Shown piece by piece: positions 1 through 9,941 of a stretch of DNA of 64,000 nt. Source of the DNA: an uncultured delta proteobacterium (GTDB lineage Bacteria; Desulfobacterota; Binatia; DP-6). A model generated the notes under the pieces. That model had not been told where the DNA came from and ran no database searches. It saw only the letters and a list, made by a program, of their open reading frames with translations. The translations under genes and the position numbers were made by a program. The DNA lies in contig CAWFFN010000008.1 in the NCBI GenBank assembly GCA_963815115.1, forward strand, positions 736,001 to 800,000, written 5' to 3'. Each line of letters starts with the position of its first letter. Within the stretch, counting starts at the first letter, position 1.

Positions 1-715
1 ACAGCGTCAGCCCGTTGGGCACGATCGGCATCCCGCGCGGATGCCCATCGGGCAGGATGTGCGCAGCCTGGAGCAGCTCTTCGTGGCCCAGGCGGCAGAT
101 GGCGCAACGCGTGTGATAGGCATGCAGCACCCGGAGGCGAAACGACTTCTGGTGGAGGCGCACCAGCGACTGTCGGGTGACCCAGCGGCGCGTGTCCTCC
201 AGCTCGGCCTCTGCAGCGATCGTCGCGCCCGAGAGCGGGCCGCTCAGCGCGGCTGGCAGGCCGATCTCGACCGTGAACGTCAGAGCCGCCGGATCGTCGT
301 GCACGACGTACGCCGGCCACTCGGACGAATACCACCCCGGCGCCAGGCCGTAGAGGTAGACGAGCGGCGTCCGCGTTCGCATCGCCTCGCGCAGCCCCTC
401 GTTTTCGGGATGTGCGCGATCCGTTCCGCGGTACTTGTAGAGGATCAATCCTTCTGAGTCCTGCTCATCTTCGTACGGCCGCGCCCGCCCCTCGACGATC
501 GGCGCGGTGCGCATCGAGAGTGGTAATCGGCACACGGCGGGCTTGAAGATGCCCTGCTGGCTCACGAGAGGCACGCGTCGACCCTCGAAGTCGAAGCCCG
601 CGAGCAACACGCGCCATGGGATTCCGTTCGGGTGGATCTGGCTCAGCCGAACAAGAAAGGCGAAGGCCCGCGTTCTGACGCGCTGGTCGGCGGCGTCTGC
701 CGAGACTGGCCCCAT
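1..715 (-). CDS. HNH endonuclease (putative restriction endonuclease), runs off window start
   Basis: Manual translation, absent from the ORF track: MGPVSADAADQRVR...QGIFKP...YKYRG...RLHQKSFRLRVLHAYHTRCAICRLGHEELLQAAHILPDGHPRGMPIVPNGLTL, an HNH_2-type CxxC/AAHI/NGL signature. Confidence 0.85.
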   Translation of the reverse strand, partial: MGPVSADAADQRVRTRAFAFLVRLSQIHPNGIPWRVLLAGFDFEGRRVPLVSQQGIFKPAVCRLPLSMRTAPIVEGRARPYEDEQDSEGLILYKYRGTDRAHPENEGLREAMRTRTPLVYLYGLAPGWYSSEWPAYVVHDDPAALTFTVEIGLPAALSGPLSGATIAAEAELEDTRRWVTRQSLVRLHQKSFRLRVLHAYHTRCAICRLGHEELLQAAHILPDGHPRGMPIVPNGLTL

Positions 716-883
716 GGACGGCGATGCACCGCGTATCCTGGGTCGGATCGGAGGTGCAAGTTCCTCTTGGTCGTGAGCGCTCGCTCGGCCCGCATCTCCC
801 GCGCGCCCGTGTGGTGACGTCTGATCCTTCCCCGCCCCCGGGTCGATCCCCTGATGCCATCCAACAGCGCGGTCAGACGATCG

Positions 884-1180
884 TCAGTGCTCGTATCGCG
901 CCGTCAACGCACGAGCGATCAGCGGCCGCCAGCGCCGCCGGGAGCCCGCTGCATCCGCTTGGTGTGCGGCCCTCGCCGCTGCCGGAATCACTGGGGCGAG
1001 CGCCCTCAGAACCTCGTTGACCGATGCGCCATCGGGGAACACGTCGAGGACGTCCGGATCGACAACGATCACGTTCGCTCCCTGAGCGTACCGAGCGGCG
1101 GTGACACCCCGCTCGCCCTTCGCGAAGTCATACTCCGCACGTATCGTGTCGCGATCGGCCTCGCCGAGCCCCGTCTTATT
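884..1180 (-). pseudogene. BrnA-like antitoxin with its 5' end cut next to the IS3 end
   Basis: IRAEYDFAKGERGVTAARYAQGANVIVVDPDVLDVFPDGASVNEVLRAL resembles antitoxins paired with BrnT; no start codon before the IS end at 1190. Confidence 0.65.
900..970 (-). other. degenerate integron attC-like site
   Basis: Minus strand AAGCGGATGCAGCGG...CCGCTGATCGCTCGTGC-GTTGACG: L''/L' pairing with an extra G, and a GTT R' box. Confidence 0.5.
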
Positions 1181-1220
1181 AGAGCAGCGTGGTCTTGCCC
1201 CGTCCGGGCGAACACCTGAG

Positions 1221-2102
1221 TTAAGCCGCTGCGCGGCGATTCCAGTATCGGTCCTCGTAGTCGACGGGGCTCATCATGTCGATGGCTGAGTGCCGACGCT
1301 GGCGGTTGTAGACGGCTTCGATCCAGTGAACGGTCGCCGTCCGTGTGCGAGCCCGGGTCGGCCATGACCGGGGCTCGATGAGCTCGAGCTTGTAGGTCGC
1401 GAAGAAGGACTCGGCGAGGGCGTTGTCCCAGCAGACGCCGGTCTTTCCCATTGACTGTTTCACGCCGTGCGCATCGCACAGTGCCCGGAACTCGGCCGAG
1501 GTGTATTGGCTTCCCCTGTCCGAGTGGAAGATGACACCCTCAACGTTTCCGCTGCGCGTAGCGACGGCCATCATCAACGCATCGCACACGAGCGATGCGC
1601 GCAAGTGACCGGCGAGGGAGAATCCGATCACGCGACGCGAGAAGACGTCGATGACCGTCGCCAGGTACAGCCAGCCCTCCCACGTGCGGATGTAGGTGAT
1701 GTCGCCGACCCACAGCATGTCGGGGGACGGCGCTTCGAACTTCCCATGCACGAGATCGGGGATCGCCGGCGGTGTCGGTTCCGGTGTCGTCGTACGGACC
1801 CAGCGCGGTGGGCGACGACCTCGCAGGCCCGCTGCCTTCATCAACCGCGCTACGCGCTTGCGGCCGACCTCGTGGCCCTGGGCCTGCAACTCAGCCAGCA
1901 CGCGGGGCACGCCGTATTGGCCGTCCGACGCCGCATGGATCGCCTTGATCTTCGCCAGCAGTGCCGCATCGTCTCGTTCACGCTGCGACGGCGGCCCGTC
2001 CTGCCACTCGTAGTAGGCGGTGCGGGAGACCTGGGCGATCCGGCAAAGCTGCGTCACCGAATACCGACGACTCTCCGCCTCGACGAACCGGTACCGGCTC
2101 AT
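1221..2102 (-). CDS. IS3 transposase OrfB (rve DDE)
   Basis: WVGDITY...IDVFSRR...FHSDRGSQY...WDNALAESFF. Confidence 0.93.
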   Translation of the reverse strand: MSRYRFVEAESRRYSVTQLCRIAQVSRTAYYEWQDGPPSQRERDDAALLAKIKAIHAASDGQYGVPRVLAELQAQGHEVGRKRVARLMKAAGLRGRRPPRWVRTTTPEPTPPAIPDLVHGKFEAPSPDMLWVGDITYIRTWEGWLYLATVIDVFSRRVIGFSLAGHLRASLVCDALMMAVATRSGNVEGVIFHSDRGSQYTSAEFRALCDAHGVKQSMGKTGVCWDNALAESFFATYKLELIEPRSWPTRARTRTATVHWIEAVYNRQRRHSAIDMMSPVDYEDRYWNRRAAA

Positions 2103-2416
2103 CGGGTCTCCATCGCGAAGAAAGCCGCCGCCCGCTTCAAGATGTCCCGCTCGTCGCGGAGCACCCGCACCTCGCGCCGCAACCGCCGCAGCTCCTCGCG
2201 CTCCTCGGTCGTCAGCCCCTCCCGTTCGCCCGCGTCGACCGCCACCTGCTCGACCCAGCGGCGCACCGCCGTCTCGCTCAGGTCCATCTCCCGACAAATC
2301 GTCGGGATCGTCCGGTCACCCTGTCGCACCAAGGCGACGACCTCGGCCTTGAACGAACTCGTGAACGATCGCCGTGGGCGGCGACTCGCTCCCTTGCCCT
2401 CCACCTTCTTCCGCAT
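2099..2416 (-). CDS. IS3 transposase OrfA (HTH)
   Basis: FTSSFKAEVV...ERDILKRAAAFFA; ATGA overlap with orfB. Confidence 0.92.
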   Translation of the reverse strand: MRKKVEGKGASRRPRRSFTSSFKAEVVALVRQGDRTIPTICREMDLSETAVRRWVEQVAVDAGEREGLTTEEREELRRLRREVRVLRDERDILKRAAAFFAMETR

Positions 2417-2515
2417 CCGAACACCCTCCTCGTGGGCTCACGCCCACATCTGGGGTGTTCGCCGGTCGGGGGCAAGTCCAACCCCAGCAGGGCTCTCTCA
2501 GCTTCGTCTGTCGGC

Positions 2516-2545
2516 TTGACCACGACGGCGGCACGGCACCATACT
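2516..2545 (+). promoter_or_regulatory. sigma70-like promoter, probably leaderless, for the PIN TA operon
   Basis: TTGACC-18 bp-CATACT ending 5 nt before ATG 2551. Confidence 0.45.
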
Positions 2546-2550
2546 CGAGC

Positions 2551-2757
2551 ATGTCGCGTGGTGCGGCCCCTGTCTCCCCTGAGGAGTTCATTCTGTCGGT
2601 GCTCTCGCCCGAGGATCGGCTGGAAGCGGCATTCGCCGTCGCGCGCGAGGCCTTCAGGGGCTCGACACTCACCCTCGATGACATCGAGGCGGCGGTGCGG
2701 AAGGTGAGGCGGCGGCGAGTGTCCGCCGGACGACGTGTCCGAGCGGGCCGTCGTTGA
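2551..2757 (+). CDS. small putative antitoxin
   Basis: 68 aa ending LTLDDIEAAVRKVRR; overlaps the start of the PIN gene. Confidence 0.6.
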   Translation: MSRGAAPVSPEEFILSVLSPEDRLEAAFAVAREAFRGSTLTLDDIEAAVRKVRRRRVSAGRRVRAGRR

Positions 2758-3199
2758 CACCGGGATCATCGTCTCCGCTCTCGCGTTTGGCGGAACTCCA
2801 CGTGCTGCCTTGCGCGAGTTGATTCGCCGATCCGTCCTGTTCGTGTCCCCGGCGCTCCTCGACGAGTACCGTGCGGTTCCGGGGGAACTGCTCGCGGCCC
2901 GCAAGATCACCCAGGAACAGTGGCGCGTCCTCGTCGCCGGGACGGGGGCCTTCGTCGCGAGCGCTCGGACAGTTACGCCCGCCGTTCGGGTTCGGGCTTG
3001 CCGTGATCCCGGTGACGACATGGTGCTCGAGTGCTGCGTCGCCGCGCGAGCAGACCTCCTCTTGACCGGTGATCGCGACCTCCTCGACCTCGATCGGGAC
3101 CTTCTCGGCGCTGCGGGCCTCGGGAGCTTGCGCGTCCTCACACCGCGCGCCTATCTCGCATCAACCACACGAGTGCCAAGGAAGCCTCGGAGCAGGTAG
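2735..3199 (+). CDS. PIN-domain toxin (PIN_3 type)
   Basis: AVVDTGIIVSAL...CRDPGDDMVLECC...LLTGDRDLL. Confidence 0.88.
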   Translation: MSERAVVDTGIIVSALAFGGTPRAALRELIRRSVLFVSPALLDEYRAVPGELLAARKITQEQWRVLVAGTGAFVASARTVTPAVRVRACRDPGDDMVLECCVAARADLLLTGDRDLLDLDRDLLGAAGLGSLRVLTPRAYLASTTRVPRKPRSR

Positions 3200-3215
3200 C
3201 TCAACGACTGGCCGC

Positions 3216-3632
3216 TCAGCTGCGGCCGGGCAAGATCTCCACGACCCCTGGGGTGCTCGATTCGCTCCGCACGAACGCAGCATGCACTCGATTCATCCGG
3301 CGAAGGTAAGTCTCTGGATCTACATCGAGCATCCGCAACCGGGCCGAGCACCACGCACCCCGGAAGTGAATCCTGAGGCGACCGTCATTCGCAAGCGCGT
3401 TGCGGACCCAGTGGGCGCGCGCGCCATCCTCAACGACGACGATGATTCGGCCGCCGTCGTCGAGATATCCCACCGGGACGCGGCGCCGCTCACCCGATCG
3501 ACGACCGACTGTTTCGACGATCAGCGCGTTTCCCCGCGTGTACGGAGGCCGCGGGATGCCAGCGAGAAGGGCTAGGTTGGTGACCGCGTTCGCGAGACGT
3601 ACGACCGGCTTCGGAAGCTTCGGAAGTTGCAT
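3216..3632 (-). CDS. deazaflavin (F420)-dependent nitroreductase family protein
   Basis: ETVGRRSGERRRVP...AHWVRNALAN. Confidence 0.8.
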   Translation of the reverse strand: MQLPKLPKPVVRLANAVTNLALLAGIPRPPYTRGNALIVETVGRRSGERRRVPVGYLDDGGRIIVVVEDGARAHWVRNALANDGRLRIHFRGAWCSARLRMLDVDPETYLRRMNRVHAAFVRSESSTPGVVEILPGRS

Positions 3633-3641
3633 CTATGGCTC

Positions 3642-3812
3642 TCACACGCTCGGCGCCGCCTTGCGGAGGACGATCGCGGTGGCGAGCCCTTGGAAGCCCC
3701 CGCCGGCGATGGCGACGTCGACCCCGAGATCACCCGCGAGTGCCGGGCTGGGAAGGTGGGGACCGTACTCGGCCAGCCACAAGGACGGTGGAGAGTCCGA
3801 CAGCGGCATGGA
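3642..3812 (-). pseudogene. N-terminal fragment of FAD-dependent oxidoreductase (DAO/PuuB type)
   Basis: SLWL...PALAGDLGVDVAIAGGGFQGLATA, then stop. Confidence 0.7.
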
Positions 3813-3982
3813 GCCCTCCTTCGACGACCGCACGTCGAGCACCGTCTAGCACGCGCAGCGGATGCCGTGGAGTAGCTCGGGCCTTCGCCTTGCCTCGAGT
3901 CCCTTCTCCAGTCAACCTGGGCTTTCCAAGGTCGGAGCGCGTTTCGTCAACCGAGGCTTCCGCTCGGACCTGAGGAGGACGC

Positions 3983-4687
3983 ATGGATCTGTACATGCCG
4001 CTTGCGGAAGCGATGCGAACCCAGCGCTCCATCCGCCGCCTCAAGCCCGATCCGGTCGATGATGCCTTGATCATGAAATTGCTCGAACTCGCGCTCAAGG
4101 CACCCTCGGGCGGCAACCGCCAGAACGCGGAATTCGTCGTCGTACGAGACCCAGCGGTCAAGAGAGGACTTGGGCGGCTGAACCGCGTCGCGTGGGGTAT
4201 GTACGGTCGAATCTGGAAGTTCTTCGCCAGGAACGACGCGAAGACCCTCCGCGCCATGAAGGCGGTAGACTGGGAAGCCGATCACTACGCAGAGATCCCC
4301 GTCCTCATCGTGGCGTGCCTCCGATGGACGGCGTACGGCCCCATCGTGAGCGGATGGCGTCCACCCTTTCCCCCGTTTCTCGCGGGCATCTACTACGGCT
4401 CCATCTTTCCAGCAGTGCAAAATCTGCTGCTTGGAGCCCGAGCGGCGGGCCTCGGTGCTTCGCTGACGGTCATGCCTCTGTGGAGCGTCTCGCTCGCACG
4501 TCGCGTTCTCGACCTGCCGTTGTGGGTGTCTCCGGTGGCGGTCATCCCGATTGGTTGGCCCGTCGGACGCTATGGCCCGACCACCCGGGTTCCCGTGGGC
4601 GACGCGGTGCATTTCGACCAGTACGGCAACAGGCCGTACCGGGGGATGACGGCCGACTCCCTCGCAACCGGCGGTGGCGCGGTGTAG
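3983..4687 (+). CDS. nitroreductase family protein
   Basis: RTQRSIRR...APSGGNRQ...SIFPAVQNLLLGARAAGLG; GAGGAGG RBS. Confidence 0.9.
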   Translation: MDLYMPLAEAMRTQRSIRRLKPDPVDDALIMKLLELALKAPSGGNRQNAEFVVVRDPAVKRGLGRLNRVAWGMYGRIWKFFARNDAKTLRAMKAVDWEADHYAEIPVLIVACLRWTAYGPIVSGWRPPFPPFLAGIYYGSIFPAVQNLLLGARAAGLGASLTVMPLWSVSLARRVLDLPLWVSPVAVIPIGWPVGRYGPTTRVPVGDAVHFDQYGNRPYRGMTADSLATGGGAV

Positions 4688-4882
4688 ACGCGTCTCTTCG
4701 CGTCGGCTTGGCGTGGTAGGACGCGACTTTGTCGGACCGGTCACGTTCTCCCAGGCCACCTCGGCACCGATCTGGTTAAAGCAATACGGCGACTCGATCC
4801 GAACTGTGCTTACCCGACGCTTTCGTTGTTCACACCGAGGGCCAGCACATGCGTGGCCGGCGAACGGCAGGACCCCCGACGG

Positions 4883-6823
4883 ATGAGCAGCTACGTGGTG
4901 ACGGGTGCGACCGGGTTCATCGGTCGCCACACGGTGCGGGCACTCCTCGCGCGCGGTGGTGTTTGCCACTTGGTGGTGCGCGAGGAGTCGTGGCATCGCC
5001 TGGATCGCCTGCTGGACGAGTGCGACGCGGCACGCGAACGAATCCATGCCCTAGTGGGCGACGTCACGCGGCCCGACGTCGGGCTGTCGCGCGACCAGGT
5101 TGCCGCCCTGCGGGGCGGTGTCGATCACTTCCTCCACCTCGCCGCGGCCTGCGACTGGCGCACAGCCGAGGCCACGGCCCTGGCGGTGAACGTCGAGGGC
5201 ACACGGCATGCGATCGAGCTGGCGCGGCAGCTCCAGGTCGAGGGCGGCTTCCATTTCCTCAGCTCCATTGCCGTCGCCGGCCGGTACGCGGGCCGCTTCA
5301 CCGAGCACATGCTCGACGAGGGGCAGGCCTTCGACCACGCCGTCGGCGAATCGAAATGTCGCGCCGAGGCACTGGTGCGCGCGGTTCGCGACCTGCCCTT
5401 CCGCATCTACCGGCCTGGCATCGTCGTGGGCGACTCGCGCACCGGCGCCGTGGACGAGGCCGACGGGCTCTACCGTCTCTTCCCCTTCATCCATGAGCTG
5501 CGTGGTCTGCTGCCGCAGTGGGTACCACTCGTCGGTCTCGAGGGTGGAGTCCTTCCCGTCGTGCCGGTCGACTTCGTGGCCGCGGCGATCGACCACCTGG
5601 CACACGCGCCGGGCCTCGACGGCAAGACCTTCCAACTGGTGGACCCGGGGGCACCCACAGCGGGAAAGGCCTTCAACGTCCTCTGCGCGGCGGCGCACGC
5701 TCCCGGGTTCGTCCTACGGCTCGGCGTGCCCGACCTGACGTCGTTCCTCCCGGGCCCGGTGCGGGAGCGGCTGCCGCACGCAATCCGCCTCCTGCCCGAG
5801 GGGATCCTGACCGAGCTGGGCATCCCCCCCGAAGCGCTCGCGTCGATCTACGGCAGGACGGTCTTCGATGCGGCCGAAGCCCGCGCGGCGCTGGCGGGAT
5901 CCGGAGTCACGTGTCCGCCGTTCGAGAGCTACGCGGCACGCCTCTGGCAGTACTGGGAGGATCACCTCGACCCGCAGGCGCACCGTCCGGCAGCGCGCCG
6001 CGGCCGCCGGCGTCAGCTCGACGGCCAGGTGGTCGTCGTCACAGGCGCCTCGGGTGGTATCGGGCGCGAGGTGGCGCGCCAGGTGGCGGCGCTCGGCGGC
6101 CGGCCGCTCCTGCTGGCACGGCGCCAGAAGGAGCTCGCCGAACTGGCGGCCGAGATCCGCGACGCGGGTGGCCAGTGCGGCGATTACCCCATCGACCTGA
6201 CCGACCTTGACGCCTGCGACCGTGTCGTCGAGCGCATCCTCGCCGAGCATGGCCGGATCGACGTCCTGGTCAACAACGCCGGGCACTCGATTCGCCGCGC
6301 GGTCGAGCTGTCGCTGCACCGTTTCCACGACTTCCAGCGCACGATGCAGCTCAACTACTTCGCGCCGGTGCGTCTCATCCTGGGGGTCCTGCCCGGCATG
6401 CGCGTGCGACGCCAGGGGCACATCGTCAACATCTCGACGGCCGGGGTGCAGTTCGGCGCCCCGCGCTTCGCGGCCTACGTCGCCAGCAAGGCAGCCCTCG
6501 ACGCCTTCTCGCGCACACTCGCCACCGAGGTGATGGGCGACGGCATCCACGTGACGACGGTCTACATGGGCCTCGTCCGCACGCCGATGATCGAACCGAC
6601 CCGCGTCTATCGCCACGTACCGGCGCTGAGCCCCGCGCGAGCCGCCCGCCTGGTGGTCGATGCGCTGCGTACGCGGCCCGCCACGGTGTCGACCCCGTTC
6701 GGGACGTTGGCCGAGGTGCTGCACGTCCTCGCGCCGGATGCCTCCGACCGGATGCTCAACGTCCTGTACCGGATCTTCCCGGCCGGGGATTCGCCGGACC
6801 AGGGCCGGAGCGGAACGACCTGA
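4883..6823 (+). CDS. two-domain SDR, fatty acyl-CoA reductase-like (NAD_binding_4 + adh_short)
   Basis: TGATGFIG N-terminal domain and TGASGGIG...NNAG...YVASK C-terminal domain. Confidence 0.88.
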   Translation: MSSYVVTGATGFIGRHTVRALLARGGVCHLVVREESWHRLDRLLDECDAARERIHALVGDVTRPDVGLSRDQVAALRGGVDHFLHLAAACDWRTAEATALAVNVEGTRHAIELARQLQVEGGFHFLSSIAVAGRYAGRFTEHMLDEGQAFDHAVGESKCRAEALVRAVRDLPFRIYRPGIVVGDSRTGAVDEADGLYRLFPFIHELRGLLPQWVPLVGLEGGVLPVVPVDFVAAAIDHLAHAPGLDGKTFQLVDPGAPTAGKAFNVLCAAAHAPGFVLRLGVPDLTSFLPGPVRERLPHAIRLLPEGILTELGIPPEALASIYGRTVFDAAEARAALAGSGVTCPPFESYAARLWQYWEDHLDPQAHRPAARRGRRRQLDGQVVVVTGASGGIGREVARQVAALGGRPLLLARRQKELAELAAEIRDAGGQCGDYPIDLTDLDACDRVVERILAEHGRIDVLVNNAGHSIRRAVELSLHRFHDFQRTMQLNYFAPVRLILGVLPGMRVRRQGHIVNISTAGVQFGAPRFAAYVASKAALDAFSRTLATEVMGDGIHVTTVYMGLVRTPMIEPTRVYRHVPALSPARAARLVVDALRTRPATVSTPFGTLAEVLHVLAPDASDRMLNVLYRIFPAGDSPDQGRSGTT

Positions 6824-6833
6824 CCGGCGACGG

Positions 6834-7415
6834 TCAGCGGCAAACACCCTGCGCGACGAGCGCCTCGACCTCGGACTCGGCGAGCCCCAGCACGCGCGTC
6901 AACACCTCCACGGTTTGCGCGCCGAGGCCGGGCGCGGGCGCGGCCGGCGCCATGCGCATGCGGCTCATCCGAATCGGATTCGCGGTGTGGCGCGCCGCGC
7001 CGGCCTCGGGGTGCACGACGGTGACGAATGCGCCCCGCGCCGCCAGGTGAGGGTCGGCGCGATGCTCCTCCGGACCCTGCACCGGCATCGCCGAGACACC
7101 GGCGGCCTGGAGGATGGCGGCGGCTTCTTCGGGCCCCCGCGCCCGCGTCCAGGTGGCGACCCGCTCGTCGAGCACGGCGCTGTCGGCAAGGCGACCCTCG
7201 AGGGTCGCGAGCCGCGTCTCCGGCGGCCACCCCACCACCTGCCGGAAGCGCTCCCAGGCGTCATCGCCGACTACGGCGATAGCGCACCACATATCCTCGC
7301 CCTTGCACGGGTAGACCCCGTGCGGACAGGCGTAGTCGACGGCGTTGCCACGCTGGCGGGTCGGCCGGCCGGTCAGCGCCCGCTCGAGATAGAACTCGCC
7401 CATCACGCTGTCCAT
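6834..7415 (-). pseudogene. CaiB/BaiF class III CoA-transferase, C-terminal fragment
   Basis: PHGVYPCKGED.WCAIAV...DPHLAARG...APGLGAQT; N-terminal half missing. Confidence 0.75.
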
Positions 7416-7505
7416 GCCCGAACTCCGCGAGTCACCGCGACCTACCCGAGCCGTCGTCCGCAAATCAACCCGCCGGAGCTCCCGCTCCCCATCGGCAGGG
7501 AACGC

Positions 7506-8477
7506 ATGCTACGGAGGGTCGTGGCTCTCGCGCCGCGCCTCGAGGGCAGCATCTGGCTCCGCCACGGACGCTCGATCGGCTTCGCCGAGTACGGCGTTCC
7601 GCTCGGCACGCCCGTGCTGTGGTTCCACGGCACCCCGGGCGGGCGTCACCAGATTCCGCCCGCGGTGCGGCTCGCCGCCGGGCAGCGTGGCGTGCGGCTG
7701 ATCGCTCTCGAACGACCCGGCGTGGGCACCTCGACACGGCACGTCTACTCTTCGGTCCTCGGATGGGCAGACGACGTGGAGGAGGTGACGAATCATCTCG
7801 GCCTGCCGCGCTTCGCCCTGATCGGCCTCTCTGGGGGCGGCCCCTACGTGCTCGCGTGCGCATATCGACTCCCCGAACGCGTGGTGGCGGGCGCGGTGCT
7901 GGGCGGCGTCGCGCCGGCGCGCGGCGACGACGCGATCCCGGGCGGATTGATGGCCGTGGCGGTCGCCCTCTCCCCCGTCCTCGAGGCCGCGCGGGAGCCG
8001 CTCGGCCACCTCGTGTGGCGTCTCTTCCGAACCCTCGGGCCGATCTCCTCGGAAGCCTTCGACGCCTTCATCCGGTTCCTGCCGGAAGGGGATCAGGTGG
8101 TGTACCGGCGGCCCGAGATGAAGGCGATGTTCCTCGACGACCTGGACCGCGCGTCGCGCCGGCAGCTGCACGCCCCGATCTACGACATCCTCCAGTTCAC
8201 CCGGCCCTGGGGGTTCTCGCTGCGCGACGTGCACGTGCCGATCCGCTTCTGGCATGGTGACGCCGATCCCATCGTGCCCCTCGTACACGCCGAGCACATG
8301 GCGGCGCTGGTCCCGGATGCCGCTTTGCGGGTGCGCGCCGGCGAGGGACACATCGGGAACCTCGACGCGGCGCACGAGGTATTGGACGCGATCCTCGGCC
8401 TGTGGGACAGGGCGCCCGGGTCGGATGTGCGAGAGGCAGGCACGACGACACCCGCGGACGCACGCGAGTCGCGTTGA
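7506..8477 (+). CDS. alpha/beta hydrolase
   Basis: FHGTPG, GLSGGG nucleophile elbow, WHGDAD, EGH; start uncertain. Confidence 0.88.
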   Translation: MLRRVVALAPRLEGSIWLRHGRSIGFAEYGVPLGTPVLWFHGTPGGRHQIPPAVRLAAGQRGVRLIALERPGVGTSTRHVYSSVLGWADDVEEVTNHLGLPRFALIGLSGGGPYVLACAYRLPERVVAGAVLGGVAPARGDDAIPGGLMAVAVALSPVLEAAREPLGHLVWRLFRTLGPISSEAFDAFIRFLPEGDQVVYRRPEMKAMFLDDLDRASRRQLHAPIYDILQFTRPWGFSLRDVHVPIRFWHGDADPIVPLVHAEHMAALVPDAALRVRAGEGHIGNLDAAHEVLDAILGLWDRAPGSDVREAGTTTPADARESR

Positions 8478-9766
8478 GTCTCGACGACCACACGTGCGGC
8501 TGGATCGCGCAGCTTCCGGCGCCGCCACCTCCACGGCCGCTCGCTGGCCGCGAGCGCGCGGACTGCATCGTGATCGGCGCCGGGTTCACCGGGCTCGCGG
8601 CCGCCCGCCAGCTCGCCCTGCACAGGCCGGACTGGCGCATCGTCGTGCTCGAGGCCCGGCGGGTCGGATCGGGAGCGTCCGCGCGGAATTCGGGGTTCAT
8701 CGTCGATCTGGGCCACTTCGTCCCTGCGGTCGGTGTCGACGGCAACCGGCGAATGGCCCGCATCGCTCGTGCCGGGCTCGACCGGCTCCGCGCACTCGTG
8801 CGGGCGCATGACATCGAGTGCACGTGGACCGAGGGCGGCCGCCTGCACGGAGCAGCCAGCGACGTGGGGTTGCGAGCGCTCGAGCGCTTCCTGCGGGGCC
8901 TGGACGCCATGGGCGAGCCGTACGACGCGCTCGATGCGGCCGCGATGGCGACGCGCACGGGGACGGGCCACTACCGCGCCGGCGCGCACACGCGCGGCAC
9001 GGTGACCATGCAGCCGGCCGCCTTGGTGCGCGGGATCGCGAGCACCCTGCCGGAGAATGTGGAGATCTTCGAGGACTCGGCCGTCGCGCGCGTCGGAGGC
9101 GGGCGGCCGTTCCACCTCACCGTCGCCGGCGGCGGGGAGATCGCCGGTGACCGCCTCTTCCTCGCCGCGAATGCGTACACCCCGGCGCTGGGCTTCCTGC
9201 GCCGGCGCATGTTTCCGCTCTTCACCTTCGCCAGCCTGACGCGCGTGCTCACGCGCGACGAGCAGTCGACCCTCGGGGGGGCTGTCGAGTGGGGCCTCGT
9301 CCCCGAGGAGCCCATGGGCACGACCGTCCGCCGCACCCGCGACCAGCGCATCCTCGTGCGCAACACGGTGCACTACGCGCCCAGCTTGCGGGTGAGCGCC
9401 CGGGTGCTGGGCGCGGTTCGCACGGCTCACCGGCGCACGTTCCTCGAGCGCTTCCCGATGCTCCAGAAAGTCGAGCTCGAGTACACCTGGGGCGGCGCCA
9501 TGGGAATCACGCTGAACGGCGCCCACTACTTCGGCCGGCTGGGTCGGAATCTCTACGCCGCCGCAGGCTGCAACGGGGTCGGGGTCGCGCTCGGCACGGC
9601 AAGCGGCGCGCTGCTCGCCGACCTGGCGGTTGCCGCCGACTCGGACCTGCTGCGCGACATCCTGGCCCTGCCGCGACCGTCCTGGATCCCGCCCGAGCCG
9701 TTCCTGGGCGTCGGCCTGCGTCCGGTGTTGGGGTTCCTGCGCCGGCGCGCGCGGAGCGAGCTCTGA
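8474..9766 (+). CDS. FAD-dependent oxidoreductase (DAO/PuuB family)
   Basis: VIGAGFTGLAAA, SGASARNSG, GCNGVG. Confidence 0.9.
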   Translation: MSLDDHTCGWIAQLPAPPPPRPLAGRERADCIVIGAGFTGLAAARQLALHRPDWRIVVLEARRVGSGASARNSGFIVDLGHFVPAVGVDGNRRMARIARAGLDRLRALVRAHDIECTWTEGGRLHGAASDVGLRALERFLRGLDAMGEPYDALDAAAMATRTGTGHYRAGAHTRGTVTMQPAALVRGIASTLPENVEIFEDSAVARVGGGRPFHLTVAGGGEIAGDRLFLAANAYTPALGFLRRRMFPLFTFASLTRVLTRDEQSTLGGAVEWGLVPEEPMGTTVRRTRDQRILVRNTVHYAPSLRVSARVLGAVRTAHRRTFLERFPMLQKVELEYTWGGAMGITLNGAHYFGRLGRNLYAAAGCNGVGVALGTASGALLADLAVAADSDLLRDILALPRPSWIPPEPFLGVGLRPVLGFLRRRARSEL

Positions 9767-9890
9767 CCGGAACTCGCTCGGAGTGCGCGATTCGGTCGGA
9801 AGGAGCGATATCGTCAAGAGTGGTGGATCGCCTGAAGGACGGCTCCAGCCCGAGCTAGCGTCTTCGGCACCATCGGAGGCGAGGACAGCG

Positions 9891-9918
9891 TTGACAGAGC
9901 CGCCCCTGCCCCTACGCT
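9891..9918 (+). promoter_or_regulatory. sigma70 promoter of TA copy 1
   Basis: TTGACA-16 bp-TACGCT, conserved in all three TA copies. Confidence 0.6.
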
Positions 9919-9941
9919 ATGCAAGTAGGACTTTCGTACCC

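Larger units (their letters stand above)
1190..2480 (-). mobile_element. IS3-family insertion sequence, complete (~1.29 kb)
   Basis: Terminal IRs TGGTCTTGCCCCGTCCGGGCGAACACC / TGGACTTGCCCCCGACCGGCGAACACC (TG...CA ends); orfA and orfB present. Confidence 0.92.

Noticed and set aside
1180-2490. Target-site duplication around the IS3
   Set aside because: Flanks (CAGCG / ACCCC) do not match, suggesting later deletion or recombination.
3198-3232. attC site (minus strand GCAGCTGAGCGGCCAGTC-GTTGAGC)
   Set aside because: Right half fits GTTRRRY, but no matching L''/R'' half is visible.
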